Positions 62,903 through 64,000 of a DNA stretch of 64,000 nucleotides are shown piece by piece (positions within the stretch are counted from its first letter, which is position 1; the number at the start of each line of letters is the position of its first letter). The notes under the pieces were generated by a model. The model had not been told where the DNA came from and searched no databases. It was given only the letters and a program-made list of their open reading frames with translations. Origin of the DNA: Hydrolagus colliei. Its lineage: Eukaryota. The stretch covers positions 310,001 through 374,000 of the forward strand of contig CM068742.1 of assembly GCA_035084275.1 (NCBI GenBank), in the 5' to 3' direction. The position numbers were made by a program, and so were the translations under genes.

Positions 62903-62949
62903 AGACAGCCTGCTAAGGCAGTATATGACTTTAAAGCTCAAACCGCAAA
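62903..62949 (+). CDS. SORBS2: SORBS2 exon, start of first SH3 domain (RQPAKAVYDFKAQTAK)
   Basis: ttttcttttcag|AGA...AA|gtaagt; phase 0-2; AVYDF SH3 motif. Confidence 0.96.
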
Positions 62950-63074
62950 GTAAGTACTGTTTCTTTACTGTTTGTAGTTTATTTACTGCTTGTAGTTTGT
63001 GCATTATTTTTCTAGATGGTAATGTTTCAAGCATGCCTGCTGCATGATACAATACAATAAGCACAATACAAAAT

Positions 63075-63320
63075 TAAATTTTTATAACATCTTTCACATC
63101 GGGAGGACGTCCTAGTCGCTGGACAGTCAGGGATTTAGACCCGAGCAGGGTTTTGAAACCGGGGAGGGTGGAGAGCAGAGAGGGTAGAAACGTGGCAGAA
63201 GACACATTCAGAGGGGAGGGTATTGAGACACACCTTGAGGGAGGCAAGGAAGGGAGAGAGGGTAAGAGAATGTAGGATGGAGTTCCATAGGGTGGGGGCA
63301 GAAAGGCTGATGGCCCGATC
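63075..63320 (-). mobile_element. L2 3' fragment
   Basis: TTTCACATCGGGAGGACGTCC tail; SAPTLWNS remnant. Confidence 0.75.
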
Positions 63321-64000
63321 GCTGATACTGAACAAATATAGCAAACCAAGAAGGTATTAGGAAATTATCTGTCAGTGATACCAAATTGTTTCTTCCTTGT
63401 CACCATCAACACTGATTGCTGATAGTGGCAAGGAAACAACAATTTTGTTTTTAACAATTTTATATTGTTGGCCTACATCTTTCTCCCCCATCACACGCGT
63501 GGTACCAATAACTGCTCAACAAAAGGTTAATACAATTCAGTCATAAAGTCAGTTTCCTGCTCTAGAGGAAACAATTCCAGTCACCCCACAGGCTAGACAT
63601 TCTTCACCATTTCCATTCTCCTCAACGCAATTGGCTGTCACGTTTTGCTCACAAAATATAGTCAATTCATTTTACAGTATGTGCATCGAGACATCTCGAA
63701 GACATCCCCCCCAAAAGTTATTTTTGACTATGCCATGCCTTCATTAATAATTTTGGGTGATTTTATTTTACATTTGTTCTAAGAAATAATTTATTTTCAT
63801 TACCAAAGCGTACTTTTATGACTTTTGACCTTGTTTGAATTTTTTTTAAATGTATGTTTGCTTTGTTCTTGTTTATGGCATTTTCCTTTGCTGTTTGGAA
63901 AATGACAGCAGTTAAAATTTGTGAATGATTTTCCTTGGGTAACACAAAGCACATTGTATTCCAGCGCGTTGTAGTCATTAATATGATAAAACCTGTACCA

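Larger units (their letters stand above)
3444..62949 (+). other. SORBS2: SORBS2 (sorbin and SH3 domain-containing 2, ArgBP2) partial gene span, 17 coding exons
   Basis: Exon translations match recalled vertebrate SORBS2 in colinear order ([11 protein letters not shown]; [20 protein letters not shown]; [21 protein letters not shown]; [12 protein letters not shown]; RKRRKSEPAVG; nArgBP2 insert; PAKAVYDFKAQT). Splice phases join without a frameshift. Confidence 0.97.

Noticed and set aside
1-64000. CRISPR arrays, operons or other prokaryotic systems
   Set aside because: No regularly spaced repeat-spacer structure; the window is spliced vertebrate gene DNA with vertebrate retroelements.

Overview
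Vertebrate genomic DNA, AT-rich and intron-dominated. The repeat content (L2 and CR1 LINEs, a tRNA-headed SINE with a Deu-like core) suggests a cartilaginous fish, possibly a holocephalan; this is an inference. The whole window lies inside one + strand gene, SORBS2 (ArgBP2/nArgBP2). I traced 17 coding exons by hand from 3444 to 62949, all with GT-AG boundaries and compatible phases (4057 nt, about 1350 codons). They cover the N-terminal region, the SoHo domain, the 1560-nt nArgBP2-type exon and the first residues of SH3-1. The start codon and most of the SH3 region lie outside the window. The introns hold many L2 and CR1 fragments (one L2 keeps an intact 471-codon RT stretch), more than 10 SINE copies, three Tigger/pogo-like MITEs and a foldback element. 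The most notable items are a Penelope-like hairpin insert with a minimal hammerhead-ribozyme motif and a 14-bp TSD inside a SINE tRNA head, a CpG-rich probable internally deleted L2, candidate unannotated in-frame exons, and templated-insertion or snap-back scars. There are no prokaryotic systems or CRISPR arrays. Homology calls come from recalled protein and repeat motifs, not database searches, and repeat boundaries are approximate.
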